Shown in pieces: positions 1 through 10,251 of a stretch of 64,000 bases of DNA. The stretch is from a virus. The stretch spans positions 1-64,000 of IMG/VR virus record IMGVR_UViG_3300019776_000461, one strand, 5' to 3'. Under the pieces are notes generated by a model. The model was not told the DNA's origin. It saw only the letters and a program-made list of their open reading frames with translations, and searched no databases. The position numbers were made by a program, and so were the translations under genes. The first letter of the stretch is position 1. Each line of letters begins with the position of its first letter.

Positions 1-1605
1 AATCCCCACAAGCAACTTATCAAAGAAAACCGTCAAATTGTTAACAAATGGTCAAAGACAGGTTTACTTGATAACTTAAACAATGACTATGAAAAGAACT
101 CTATTGCGGTTCTTTTAGAAAACCAAGCAAAACAACTTATCGATGAATCAAACCGTACAGGTACAGCAGCAGGCTCTGAAGAATGGGCAGGTGTTGCACT
201 TCCATTGGTTCGCCGTATTTTCTCTGAAATTGCTGCGAAAGATTTTGTTTCTGTTCAACCAATGAACTTACCTTCTGGTCTTGTATTCTTCTTAGATTTT
301 AAATACGGTACAGCACAACCTGGATTCACTTCCGCACAAGGTAAAGATACACAAACTGATTCTGTATTTGGTGTGACAGGTAAAGAAGCAAAAGACGCTG
401 ATCCTTCAGGCGGTCTTTATGGTGCAGGTCGTTTTGGTTATTCAATCAATGAAGCAAGCATTGTATCTACAAAAGCAGCTGCATTGTCTTCAACAGAATT
501 CGTAACTGGCTCTGTATCATCAGCAACACCATCACTTTATCAACATGACACAGAATTCCAAAATGCTTACTCTGCATCTCTTGCAGCAGGTAAGATTATC
601 ACAATTACTGTTCAATCTGCATCATTATCAACACCTGATTTTGAAGCAGTTCGTGCTTTCAAAGTTAGTGGTTCAACAATTTTAGGCTATTTCCCACAAT
701 ACACATATACAGCAATTGACAATTCAACAATTACATTTGTTGTTTCTGCTTCTGCTGCTCCTGCAACAGTTGGTATTTCATATGAAAAACAACCTACTGC
801 AACATCTCGTGGTGACTTTGAAGATGGTTTAGCAGGTGCAAACCTTGATATTCCAGAAATCAACTTAGAATTACGTTCAGAATCCATCGTTGCTAAAACA
901 CGTAAGTTGAAAGCAGTATGGACACCTGAATTCGCACAAGACTTGAATGCATATCACTCAATCGATGCAGAAGCTGAATTAACTTCTATGTTGTCTGAGT
1001 ATATCTCTCAAGAAATTGACTTAGAAATTCTTGACATGTTGATTAAGAACGCACAAACAACAGAAAGATGGTCAGCACGTATTGGTCGTACTTATGATGC
1101 TGCTACAAGTACATTTGCAGATTATTCAACAGCACAAGGTGCAGCATCTGCATTTAACCAACAAACTTGGTTCCAGACATTAGGTACAAAGATTCAAAAA
1201 GTATCCAACATTATTCATCAGAAAACATTACGTGGTGGTGCAAACTTCTTAGTATGTTCTCCACAAGTTGCTACTCTTCTTGAATCAATGCCTGGCTATG
1301 CAGTTGATGGTGAAGGTATGAAATTCGCTATGGGTGTACAAAAAGTTGGTCAATTAAATGGTCGTATCACAGTTTACAAGAACCCATATATGTTAGAAAA
1401 CCAAATGTTAGTTGGTTTCCGTGGAACACAATTCCTCGAAACTGGCGCGGTTTATGCACCATATATTCCACTTGTAATGACACCGTTAGTATATGACCCA
1501 ACAAACTTTACACCACGTAAAGGGGTAATGACACGCTACGCTAAGAAAATTGTCCGTCCTGAATTCTACGGTTTAATTCAAATCGATTCTTTAGGTGACA
1601 TCTAG
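1..1605 (+). CDS. Major capsid protein, T4 gp23-like (5'-truncated; frame is open from base 1)
   Basis: Frame 1 reads NPHKQLIKEN...KWSKTGLLD before the called start. gp23 motifs: LPLVRR..VSVQPM, KTRKLKAVWTPEFAQDLNAYH, AVYAPYIPL, PRKGVMTRY. Confidence 0.95.
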   Translation, partial: NPHKQLIKENRQIVNKWSKTGLLDNLNNDYEKNSIAVLLENQAKQLIDESNRTGTAAGSEEWAGVALPLVRRIFSEIAAKDFVSVQPMNLPSGLVFFLDFKYGTAQPGFTSAQGKDTQTDSVFGVTGKEAKDADPSGGLYGAGRFGYSINEASIVSTKAAALSSTEFVTGSVSSATPSLYQHDTEFQNAYSASLAAGKIITITVQSASLSTPDFEAVRAFKVSGSTILGYFPQYTYTAIDNSTITFVVSASAAPATVGISYEKQPTATSRGDFEDGLAGANLDIPEINLELRSESIVAKTRKLKAVWTPEFAQDLNAYHSIDAEAELTSMLSEYISQEIDLEILDMLIKNAQTTERWSARIGRTYDAATSTFADYSTAQGAASAFNQQTWFQTLGTKIQKVSNIIHQKTLRGGANFLVCSPQVATLLESMPGYAVDGEGMKFAMGVQKVGQLNGRITVYKNPYMLENQMLVGFRGTQFLETGAVYAPYIPLVMTPLVYDPTNFTPRKGVMTRYAKKIVRPEFYGLIQIDSLGDI

Positions 1606-1629
1606 TATTAGATAGTTAGTTGAAAAATG

Positions 1630-1660
1630 AAAGGAGTGAGATTTTTCTCACTCCTTTTTT
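1630..1660 (+). terminator. Rho-independent terminator after the capsid gene
   Basis: AAAGGAGTGAGA-tttt-TCTCACTCCTTT followed by a T-run. Confidence 0.85.
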
Positions 1661-1670
1661 ATTTTGTTTT

Positions 1671-1678
1671 ATATTTAT
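1671..1678 (+). promoter_or_regulatory. Putative late promoter (ATATTTAT)
   Basis: Motif recurs upstream of structural genes. Confidence 0.6.
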
Positions 1679-1733
1679 TTACGAGTGTTCAAACAGAATA
1701 CACTCTTTTTAATATTTAATATTTTGAAAAATA

Positions 1734-2738
1734 ATGGGAAACAGTATGAAAACGAGTAAGGGAAGAAGAAATCTGTTTGAAGACGATGAAGTATTTGGTA
1801 CAACAGATGCAATACCATTAAGTAAAGTTCCTGCTGATGCAGCAAAAGCTGCATATAAAGGTGGTAAGAAAGATGGTGAAGATGGAGATGACCAAGTTCC
1901 TTCAAAAAAAGTATCGGTTGCTGCAGCTAAATTAAAACCCTCACAAAAAGAAGTTGTTCCTCAGAAGGCAGTTGAATTTGCATTTTCTGCAATCATGAAA
2001 ATTAATCCTATGCCAAGTGGTCCAGGTGGAGATTTACAAGCAATTATTTCAAATGATAATTTTATCATGGATGGACACCACCGTTGGGCTGCAACGTTCT
2101 TAGTTGACCCGTCTGCTGCATTAGAAGCAACTCAGATTGACTTACCAGGTGCTGCACTTGTAACAGCGTTGAATGTTGTAACTAAGGGATTGGGTAGAGG
2201 TGGAAATACAGGTAAAGGTGATATTTCTAAATTCGGTGGTAAACCAATCGAAGACGCTATTGATGCAGTTTTGACAAATGGTTATTGGGCAGAAAAAGAC
2301 CCTGAAAAATGTAAAAAAGCATTTGAAGAATGGGGTGGTGGTTCAGTAGAAGCAGGAAAGAAAAAAATGGTTGCTAATGCAGCTAAAATGCCAAAATCAA
2401 TTCCAGGATGGGCTCCGAATCGTGTTGACATGCCAGTTATTAATGCACCCGAAGTTGCAACCGTAGCTAAAGCTATTGCAGCAGGTGCAGTCGATATTAA
2501 AGCACCATACGGTCCAGATGTCAAAGGAGCTATGGAATCTTATTATCAAATGAGAAGAGGACAAAAACCATTATCAGAAAACATAATGAAAAAACTCCGT
2601 CAGTATAATAAGGTAAATCAAAAGAGACTTCAAGAATCATACGCTAAAAAAGTTAGAAAACAAAAATTACAAGAAAAACTTATTAGTGCATTGCGTCCAT
2701 TAGTTAAAGAAGCAATTAAAAAAATGATAAATAAATAA
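1734..2738 (+). CDS. ParB/Srx-like domain protein, putative internal head protein
   Basis: LKPSQ...IISNDNFIMDGHHRWAA is a ParB-N motif. Several (L/I)xE sites at both termini. Confidence 0.7.
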   Translation: MGNSMKTSKGRRNLFEDDEVFGTTDAIPLSKVPADAAKAAYKGGKKDGEDGDDQVPSKKVSVAAAKLKPSQKEVVPQKAVEFAFSAIMKINPMPSGPGGDLQAIISNDNFIMDGHHRWAATFLVDPSAALEATQIDLPGAALVTALNVVTKGLGRGGNTGKGDISKFGGKPIEDAIDAVLTNGYWAEKDPEKCKKAFEEWGGGSVEAGKKKMVANAAKMPKSIPGWAPNRVDMPVINAPEVATVAKAIAAGAVDIKAPYGPDVKGAMESYYQMRRGQKPLSENIMKKLRQYNKVNQKRLQESYAKKVRKQKLQEKLISALRPLVKEAIKKMINK

Positions 2739-2764
2739 GTTAAAAAAATAATAATACATGATAG

Positions 2765-2790
2765 AACCCAATATGATAATATTGGGTTTT
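2765..2790 (+). terminator. Rho-independent terminator
   Basis: AACCCAATAT-gata-ATATTGGGTT followed by a T-run. Confidence 0.75.
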
Positions 2791-2802
2791 TATTTTTATT
2801 AT

Positions 2803-2810
2803 ATATTTAT
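2803..2810 (+). promoter_or_regulatory. Putative late promoter (ATATTTAT)
   Basis: Motif immediately after the terminator. Confidence 0.65.
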
Positions 2811-2842
2811 ATAAAAATGATTTGTATATACATGGAACAAAT

Positions 2843-4135
2843 ATGACTAACAAAAATCAAACTTCGTTAAAATCAATTATGAATCAACTTTTATCTGAAA
2901 AGAAAATGGTTCGTACATTGGATAAAACTACAAATAAAGCAATTTCTTTGGATGAAACTGCAATAGATTCATTGCTAAATTCAGACATTTTTACTGTTAG
3001 AGAATCCAAAGCACTAAAGATATTGTTTGGTAAAACAAAAACAAATTCATTGAATGAAGTAACTATTAAACGATTGGATAAACAAGTAAAAATTATATCG
3101 GAATTAAAAGATGGACATATTAAATTATCCGAAGGATTTTTCGGTGATATGTGGAGTGGCTTAAAAAGTCTTGGAGATAAGGCGAAAGAAGCAGTTGTAG
3201 GTGGTTGGAACAAAATGAAAGCAATTTGGAGTGAATTCAAAGAGTTGGTTCAAGAAGTTATTAATTCTGCAAAAAATGGATTATTGAAATTGTGTAATAT
3301 CGGTGCTAATGTTGGAAATGCTGGTGCAGAAATTATGGGTAAAGTTAAAGACAAGAAATTAACTGCTGATCCAGATTTCGTAAAAGAATTAAAACAATTA
3401 GGTGAAACTGGCAATTGGTGGAAATCATCATGGTTTCAGAAATGGATAGTAAGTCCTTTTTGGGAAAAAGATGTATTAGCAGGAAACGGTACTGTTGATG
3501 AAGAACCTAAAGTTGACCCTAAAGCAGCAGAACAAGGGTTACAAGCAATACCTGCATTAGAAAGTTTAATTAGTAAAAGAAATAATCTTTTATCAGATTA
3601 TCAGGTGGTTAATGAATTATTAAATAGAAGTGAAAGAAAAGCAAATTTAAGAGAAGGTCACTCAGTTGAACACTTAGATGACGCAATTAAAAATCCAGCG
3701 TTAAAAAAAGTTGTTCATTATGCAATAGAGTTAATACAATGGGTGTTCATGCCATTTGCTAAATTGGGTCAAGTTATTGCAAAAGCAGCTGGTCCTAAGT
3801 TACTTGCTTCTTTTTCAAATGTAACAAAATCAGTTGGTGGTCCAGGTGCTTACACATTTGAGTTAGTTGGGACATTATTTGGTGAATTTGTGGAAATTTT
3901 TATAAAGAAAAAGATGGGAGAGGTGCAAGTTGAGATGGTTGCAAAAGTATTATTTCCTGGAATTGGTGTGGGAATTGATATTGTACATGGTATTCATACT
4001 GCACTATTCTGTTGGACTATTGCTAATATAGTTATAAACTTGGTTGATGTTGTAAACAAAGAAAAAACTGAATCTTATTCCCCAACTGTTGAATTTAAAA
4101 TGCAGAACGGTAACTTATTATTTATTAAAGAATAA
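2843..4135 (+). CDS. Hypothetical virion/internal protein with C-terminal hydrophobic helices; paralog of the next gene
   Basis: Long ORF; ATG 2843 preferred over TTG 2822. Shares LNSD, SEG-F, GW..K.IW, GPG..F and FK..NGNL.F blocks with 4147..5448. Confidence 0.6.
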   Translation: MTNKNQTSLKSIMNQLLSEKKMVRTLDKTTNKAISLDETAIDSLLNSDIFTVRESKALKILFGKTKTNSLNEVTIKRLDKQVKIISELKDGHIKLSEGFFGDMWSGLKSLGDKAKEAVVGGWNKMKAIWSEFKELVQEVINSAKNGLLKLCNIGANVGNAGAEIMGKVKDKKLTADPDFVKELKQLGETGNWWKSSWFQKWIVSPFWEKDVLAGNGTVDEEPKVDPKAAEQGLQAIPALESLISKRNNLLSDYQVVNELLNRSERKANLREGHSVEHLDDAIKNPALKKVVHYAIELIQWVFMPFAKLGQVIAKAAGPKLLASFSNVTKSVGGPGAYTFELVGTLFGEFVEIFIKKKMGEVQVEMVAKVLFPGIGVGIDIVHGIHTALFCWTIANIVINLVDVVNKEKTESYSPTVEFKMQNGNLLFIKE

Positions 4136-4146
4136 TTGAATACGAA

Positions 4147-5448
4147 ATGAAACATAAGAATAAAATACATAACAAATTTCATCTAACTAAATTGATTAAT
4201 GAAATAAAATTAGAACAGAAAAAACAATTAAATAAAGTTATGTCTTACGCTTTCTTAGATGAATTCGCAATAAATAACATATTGAACTCTGATGTTTTAA
4301 CAGAAACTCAGAGTTTAGTTGTTCGTTATTATCTAAAATATAAAGGTATTAAAACCATAAATGAAAATACAATTCGTTCTATTGATAAGAAAATTCTCTC
4401 CGAAGGTCTTTTAACCGAAGGGTTTACTGATTTTATTAAGAAATCATGGGATGCTGCAGCAGACAAAGTAACTGACGTTGGTGCTAAAGTAAAAGATGCT
4501 TTTGTTAAAGGATGGGAAGGTGTAAAAACAATTTGGGCAAACTTCTCTGATATGATTAAAGAATTAGTTGACAAAGTTAAATCCGCTTTTAATAAAATGT
4601 TGAATTTCATTAAAACAAAAATAGAAGAAGTTGGTACTAAACTTATAGATAAAATGGATGCAGCATGGATTAAAGTATTTAAGGAAAAGCACCCACACAA
4701 ACACGAGGATGCAAAGAAAGACTTTGATGACGCTAAATCAATACATTCACATTTAACAACTTACTTCAGTCAGAAATTAGTTGCTGGTGGTTTATTTGAA
4801 AAGCAAGTGATGAGTGGTGAGTTCACACCAAAAGATACAAAGGGTATTTCTAGTGATGAAGTAGAAAAATCAATGGAAGATATTGCAGAAGCATATAAAT
4901 CTATATTTTCAAATAAACAATATATTAAAGAATTATTAAACTTAAATGAAGCGGATATAACCAATGTTCTTATAAAGAATCCAATGGGAAGAAAAGTTGC
5001 AGATTATGCAATTCTTGGTATAAAAGCAATATTTCATCCTTTAGCAACTCTCATAGAAGTTGTATCAGAACAAGCAGCAGAGAAATTATTACCAGTTGCT
5101 TCAAAAATATCATCTAAATTAAATGGTCCTGGTCCATTTGCTTTTCCAATATTATCGTATATTGTTGCAGAAACGTATCAGATATGGGCGTATGGGATAA
5201 AAGGTACATTTTCTTTTGAAACTGTATTTGATATAGTAAAACCTTTCTTAGTTCCTTTTGGTGACGCATTATCAGTTGTTATACAGATAGCGCATGCAAT
5301 TGTATTAGCGTGGGCGATAGTTGCTGTAATACAACACATACGTTCATTCTTTGATCAAAATTTTGGTGGTGAACAAGTATCTGATGGATATATACCAAAT
5401 GGTAAATTTAAAATAGAAAATGGAAACTTGGTGTTTAGAAATGGATAA
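4147..5448 (+). CDS. Hypothetical virion/internal protein; paralog of the previous gene
   Basis: Same shared blocks; LINE, LSE and LTE sites; hydrophobic C-terminal segment. Confidence 0.6.
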   Translation: MKHKNKIHNKFHLTKLINEIKLEQKKQLNKVMSYAFLDEFAINNILNSDVLTETQSLVVRYYLKYKGIKTINENTIRSIDKKILSEGLLTEGFTDFIKKSWDAAADKVTDVGAKVKDAFVKGWEGVKTIWANFSDMIKELVDKVKSAFNKMLNFIKTKIEEVGTKLIDKMDAAWIKVFKEKHPHKHEDAKKDFDDAKSIHSHLTTYFSQKLVAGGLFEKQVMSGEFTPKDTKGISSDEVEKSMEDIAEAYKSIFSNKQYIKELLNLNEADITNVLIKNPMGRKVADYAILGIKAIFHPLATLIEVVSEQAAEKLLPVASKISSKLNGPGPFAFPILSYIVAETYQIWAYGIKGTFSFETVFDIVKPFLVPFGDALSVVIQIAHAIVLAWAIVAVIQHIRSFFDQNFGGEQVSDGYIPNGKFKIENGNLVFRNG

Positions 5449-5977
5449 AACGAATATAAAATTAAAGAAACTCCTCGATGAAATAAAAGCAGAGGAATCT
5501 ACTAATGTAGTTAAGGAATTTTCACTTGACCCATTAGAAGTTACCGCAGTTGCTCTTTCTGCTCCTGATGTTGCAAGAGTTGCTGCTGAAGGTATAGACT
5601 TTATTTCAAAAGAAATTGGTATGGGTGATAAAACTAAAACCGCAGAATTACTGAGGACGGGTGCAGATAAATTGCATAAATTTTATATAAATGATATTAT
5701 GAGAATGTTGAACGTTGGTGTACCTGGTTTTAGTAAAGTTCCAATGGATAAAAAACAAAAAATAGCTAATTCTGTATTTGCTGTTATTATAACTTCAATT
5801 GGATTTCATGTAACAATGGACGCTCCAGGTTTATTCGCAGCATTCATGCGATTAAAGCACATTTGGTGGGACAGTAATATTAGAGAAAAAATAAAAAATA
5901 TTTTATACTCTATTAAGTTTGGAAACCTTGGTGCTTTCTTTAAAAAAGAACTTGACACTATATTTTCACAAAATTAA
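5441..5977 (+). CDS. Hypothetical protein with KLKKLLDE leader and one hydrophobic helix
   Basis: ATG 5441 overlaps the end of the upstream gene; VFAVIITSIGF is hydrophobic. Confidence 0.55.
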   Translation: MDKTNIKLKKLLDEIKAEESTNVVKEFSLDPLEVTAVALSAPDVARVAAEGIDFISKEIGMGDKTKTAELLRTGADKLHKFYINDIMRMLNVGVPGFSKVPMDKKQKIANSVFAVIITSIGFHVTMDAPGLFAAFMRLKHIWWDSNIREKIKNILYSIKFGNLGAFFKKELDTIFSQN

Positions 5978-5997
5978 TTGATAAAATTAAATTTTAC

Positions 5998-6025
5998 AAA
6001 GGTAACTAATTCGTTACCTTTTTTT
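5998..6025 (+). terminator. Rho-independent terminator
   Basis: AAAGGTAAC-taattc-GTTACCTTT followed by a T-run. Confidence 0.75.
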
Positions 6026-6048
6026 ATGCTTAATTCTATTTATTACAA

Positions 6049-6648
6049 ATGGAAACTAACACTCAATATATAGACATTTTAAAATTGATACTACCAAGTG
6101 CAGCAACTCTCCTTGGTGTAGTGCTTTCTTGGTTTCTTAAATACAAATACGGTGAATATAAGCAAAAGAAAATTGACCGCGAATTAACCCATTCCAAATT
6201 AATACAAACAATATTAGACCAATTATTAGTTGAATACAGATGCCAACGTGCATTTGTATTTCAGCGCCATAACGGTGGAAAATATCATACTGGTAAATCA
6301 ATGACAAAACTTTCTACTTCATTTGAAGCATTGGAGGAAGGAGTTAGTACAGAATTTACTAAGTACCAAAACTTACCTATGTCATTATATACAAATTTCG
6401 TGGAGGATGTACTTACTCATAAAGCTGTTTACCCATCCGTTGAGGATATTAGTGATTTAATAACAAAAGCCTTTTTCACACAGAGAGGATCAAAATCAGC
6501 AGTTGTATATCCAATTAGAAAAAATAATGAACTTATAGCTTTGGTTGGATTTGAATGGACACATAAACCTGAAAAATTAGATAGCCTTTTATTAAAAATA
6601 GAAGAAGACCTAAATACAACGAGCGAAACTCTCTCCAAATTATTATAG
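6049..6648 (+). CDS. Membrane protein with GAF-like domain (T4 holin T-like architecture)
   Basis: Single N-terminal TM helix, then a GAF-like pattern RAFVFQRHNG...SAVVYPIRKNNELIALVGFEW. Confidence 0.5.
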   Translation: METNTQYIDILKLILPSAATLLGVVLSWFLKYKYGEYKQKKIDRELTHSKLIQTILDQLLVEYRCQRAFVFQRHNGGKYHTGKSMTKLSTSFEALEEGVSTEFTKYQNLPMSLYTNFVEDVLTHKAVYPSVEDISDLITKAFFTQRGSKSAVVYPIRKNNELIALVGFEWTHKPEKLDSLLLKIEEDLNTTSETLSKLL

Positions 6649-6656
6649 GAGTTGAT

Positions 6657-7403
6657 ATGGACTTAAACCATAACGAAACAAACGACGCTAAAGAAGTTTT
6701 GTTAAATGAAGAAGTTGTAGGATTAGATAATTCTGGTATAAAGAAAGGAAGGAAAACAATAAAAAATAAAATCGGATTTCATCTATCCTTAAATGAAGAA
6801 CAAAAGTCCGTTAAATCAAACGCACTAGCAGACACAGTTTCCGTATTTTTAGGTAAGGCTGGTTCTGGAAAAACCCTATTGGCAACACAAATAGCATTGG
6901 AACATCTTTATTATAAAGAAGTAGATAAAATAATAATTACAAGACCTACTGTATCAAATGAAGATTTAGGATTCTTACCAGGAAATATAAAAGAAAAGAT
7001 GGACCCATGGTTATCTCCTATTCATGCTAATATGGCGATGTTATCTGGTAAAGAAAAAGTAGATAAATTAATACAAGAAGATAAAATTGAAATTGCTCCT
7101 ATAAGTTTTCTACGTGGTAGAACATTTGTAAAGTCATGCGTAATAGTAGATGAATGTCAGAACGTAACAAGAACACAATTAGAAATGATTCTTTCAAGAC
7201 TTGGTGTAAATTCTAAAATGATTCTTACAGGTGATGGTGCTCAAATTGATTTGAAAAACAAGAAAGATTCTGGATTACCATATTTATATAATATGAAAGA
7301 TAAAATCAATGGGTTGGGGGTTTATGAATTATTGACAAACCACCGTCATCCAATTGTTGATAGTATATTACAATATTTTGATGAAACAAAAACTGAGAAG
7401 TAA
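6657..7403 (+). CDS. phoH: PhoH-family ATPase
   Basis: GKAGSGKT, IIITRP, LGFLPG, FLRGRTF, IVDECQN, TGD..QIDL, RHP. Confidence 0.95.
   Translation: MDLNHNETNDAKEVLLNEEVVGLDNSGIKKGRKTIKNKIGFHLSLNEEQKSVKSNALADTVSVFLGKAGSGKTLLATQIALEHLYYKEVDKIIITRPTVSNEDLGFLPGNIKEKMDPWLSPIHANMAMLSGKEKVDKLIQEDKIEIAPISFLRGRTFVKSCVIVDECQNVTRTQLEMILSRLGVNSKMILTGDGAQIDLKNKKDSGLPYLYNMKDKINGLGVYELLTNHRHPIVDSILQYFDETKTEK
7280..7287 (+). promoter_or_regulatory. Putative late promoter inside phoH, upstream of the neck genes
   Basis: CATATTTATA about 120 nt before the neck gene start; no intergenic space exists there. Confidence 0.45.
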
Positions 7404-8534
7404 ATGACAGACATTCCAATTTGGCCAGGTAGTTCATCGTTCACAACTGGTAGTACACCGTTTGGATATTTTGATTCTGAAACATCTTTTCAAATAGATG
7501 CAGACAAAGTAGCGAATTGGTGTGCTAAAAGACTCGGTTATCCGTTGGTTGATGTGGAATTACAATCAGTAAACTTTTATGCTTGTTTTGAAGAAGCAGT
7601 TGCTGAATATTCAAATCATGTTAATCAATATAATATTCAACAGAATTTATTGAGTATCATGGGTTCTCCAACTGCATCTAATCTAACCCATAGAAACATT
7701 TCAACAAACATGGGTGGTCTTGTACAATTAGGAACTGAGTATGGGAGTGAAACATTCACTAACGGTAATATTTCATTTTACACTGCTTCTATTAATTGTG
7801 TAACAGGCGTACAGCGATACAACTTAGACACACTTATTCGTGATATAAAAGCACCAACACAAAATATAGAAATTAAGAAAGTTCATCACTATGGTCCACC
7901 TGCTTCTATTCGTTTTTATGATCCTTATTTGGGTAATCAAGCGATGTTAGATACTTTCGGATTTGGTGCGTATTCAACTGGTGTTTCATTTATGTTGATG
8001 CCTATGTATGCGGATTTGTTGCGTATTCAGGCAATTGAGTTTAATGACTTAATGAGAAAATCTGCATATACATTTGAATTAATAAATAATGAGTTGAAGA
8101 TATTCCCTGTACCAGTTAAAGATTTCAAACTTTGGATTGAGTATATTATAAAAGAAGAGCGTTCAAATCCATTAAAATATCCAAATGGAACTGTTTCTGA
8201 TATGTCAAACGCTCCATATAGTTTAATGAAGTATTCTCATATAAATTCACCTGGTCATCAATGGATATTTAACTTTACACTTGCATTAGTAAAAGAAATG
8301 TTAGGATATGTTCGTGGTAAGTATGGAAATATACCAATACCAAACGGTGAAACAACATTAAATGCTGCAGATTTACTCTCTGCTGCAACAAATGAAAAGC
8401 AAGCACTTGTAACAGAACTTCGTACTATGTTAGAAAACATGACACGTGCAAAATTATTAGAGGCAAAAAGAGCAGAAACGGAACATTTGAATGTTAGTTT
8501 GAATGGTACTCCACTTTCAATTTATATAGGATAA
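7404..8534 (+). CDS. Neck / head-tail adaptor protein (gp13-like)
   Basis: RLGYPLVDVEL...EEAV and KEMLGYVRGKY..IPIPNGETTLN; synteny with sheath and tube. Confidence 0.75.
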   Translation: MTDIPIWPGSSSFTTGSTPFGYFDSETSFQIDADKVANWCAKRLGYPLVDVELQSVNFYACFEEAVAEYSNHVNQYNIQQNLLSIMGSPTASNLTHRNISTNMGGLVQLGTEYGSETFTNGNISFYTASINCVTGVQRYNLDTLIRDIKAPTQNIEIKKVHHYGPPASIRFYDPYLGNQAMLDTFGFGAYSTGVSFMLMPMYADLLRIQAIEFNDLMRKSAYTFELINNELKIFPVPVKDFKLWIEYIIKEERSNPLKYPNGTVSDMSNAPYSLMKYSHINSPGHQWIFNFTLALVKEMLGYVRGKYGNIPIPNGETTLNAADLLSAATNEKQALVTELRTMLENMTRAKLLEAKRAETEHLNVSLNGTPLSIYIG

Positions 8535-8538
8535 ACAA

Positions 8539-9063
8539 ATGCCATTATTTCATGGAACGCGAGATGCAGGTCTTGTGCATAAATTCAATATGGAATTGAT
8601 TGCAGATATTATAGATACTGAGGTTGCTGTTTATAAACTTTCATTGGAAGATACAAAAACAAATATGTATAATGAATCCGATAAGAAGGTTTACTTTAGT
8701 CCAATAAAAGTTGCAGCGTTGATTAATCGTCAACCACAAACATATGAAGGTTCTGAGTTTGGTCAAGATTATCAACAAACTTCTGAGTTTGGTTTTATTC
8801 GTGAATTATTAAAAGAAGTTGAAATATTTGTTGAAGTCGGTGATGTTATTGAATATAACGGTGAATGGTGGGAGGTTGACTCTGTACAAGAGAATCAGTA
8901 TTTCGGTGGTAAAAATCCCGATTACGCTTTCTCTGGTGATAAGTGGGGACATAATGTTTCTATTATTGCTGCAACTCACTTAACAAGACGTTCAAGAATT
9001 CACGTAGAAGAATTCAGACCAAGTATAGAAAACAATTTGAATGATTTACCGAGCAATATATAA
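8539..9063 (+). CDS. Neck / head completion protein (gp14-like)
   Basis: YNESDKK..., VGDVIEYNGEWWEVD; follows the gp13-like gene. Confidence 0.65.
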   Translation: MPLFHGTRDAGLVHKFNMELIADIIDTEVAVYKLSLEDTKTNMYNESDKKVYFSPIKVAALINRQPQTYEGSEFGQDYQQTSEFGFIRELLKEVEIFVEVGDVIEYNGEWWEVDSVQENQYFGGKNPDYAFSGDKWGHNVSIIAATHLTRRSRIHVEEFRPSIENNLNDLPSNI

Positions 9064-10205
9064 TGCAAAATTCTTCCAGATATAGAAAACCACCATTAAA
9101 AAGAACTCATGATAGTTTTATAGATGATAAAAATTCGGTAGAAAATCCAAGGATAGATTTTGGGCAGGCTCGTAGTACACAAATACGTAGAGATAAGGAT
9201 AAAACAAGAAACCTTGGTGTTACATTATATGATGTTGATTTTGCCATAAAGTCATTCATAGACCAAAGTATGAAATTGAAAGTTGAAGATAATGGTGAAT
9301 TTATACAAGTTCCAACTATATACGCTAATTCAGAAAAGTGGGCTTCAATTCAAAAAGATGGATTTCTAAAAGATAAAAAAGGAAAAACAATAGCACCACT
9401 CATAACTTTTAGACGTTCAAACGTTACAATGAAAAGTGAATTAAAAAGGAACAAAGTAGCTTCTATAAATCAAGGTATTGCATATGTTATGCGTCAAAAG
9501 TATAATACATCAGCACCATATGATAAGTTTTCTGCAATGTATGAGAAAAAAAGACCAAGTGAATATTTCTTAACTCCAATTCCAGATTATGTGGATATAA
9601 GTTATGATTTTATAGTATGGTGTGAATATCAAAATCAATTGAATTTTTTGATAGAAAACTTTATTTACTTTTCTGGACAAACATTTGGTGATAGAAATTT
9701 CTTCAAATTTTCTACAAATATGGATAGTGTTAGTATTGAAGACAGTAATACAACTGGACAAGACCGTGTGGTTAGGGCTTCATTCTCAATTATAGCACAC
9801 GCTTATTTAATACCAAAAGAAATAGCAAATCAAGCATCGATGCAAAGAACTGTTACTGCTAATAAATTGTCTTTTGGATTTGAATCAATCGGTTCACTTT
9901 CTAGTTTATATAATAATAGTGCTGTTAATGGTACTACAAATAGACAAATAGATAGATATACCGATGAAAATGGAATAGGTGGGGCAGTCGGTGGACCAGG
10001 TGGAAGTGGGGTATATGGTGCAAGGGGTGGTGTCAATGGTGCTGGCGCAGGTGGTGGCGGTACTTCTAACTTCAGAGGATTAAATCAGAAAGGGGATGAA
10101 TCAAATCTTGCTTATTATAGAAGAAAAGCTCAAGAGTTTATTGATGTATCTCAAAATCAAGAACCTGGAGTATATCCAAAAGAAAATGATTTTACAGATA
10201 AATAA
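9063..10205 (+). CDS. Tail terminator / sheath stabilizer (gp15-like) with Gly-rich C-terminal extension
   Basis: VPTIYANSEKW, PLITFRR, PDYVDISYDFIVW..QLN.LIE; position before the sheath. Confidence 0.65.
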   Translation: MQNSSRYRKPPLKRTHDSFIDDKNSVENPRIDFGQARSTQIRRDKDKTRNLGVTLYDVDFAIKSFIDQSMKLKVEDNGEFIQVPTIYANSEKWASIQKDGFLKDKKGKTIAPLITFRRSNVTMKSELKRNKVASINQGIAYVMRQKYNTSAPYDKFSAMYEKKRPSEYFLTPIPDYVDISYDFIVWCEYQNQLNFLIENFIYFSGQTFGDRNFFKFSTNMDSVSIEDSNTTGQDRVVRASFSIIAHAYLIPKEIANQASMQRTVTANKLSFGFESIGSLSSLYNNSAVNGTTNRQIDRYTDENGIGGAVGGPGGSGVYGARGGVNGAGAGGGGTSNFRGLNQKGDESNLAYYRRKAQEFIDVSQNQEPGVYPKENDFTDK

Positions 10206-10208
10206 TTG

Positions 10209-10216
10209 ATATTTAT
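10209..10216 (+). promoter_or_regulatory. Putative late promoter (ATATTTAT)
   Basis: Intergenic motif. Confidence 0.65.
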
Positions 10217-10251
10217 ATATGTTATATTTTTAATTTTTAAAAGAGGTTTTT

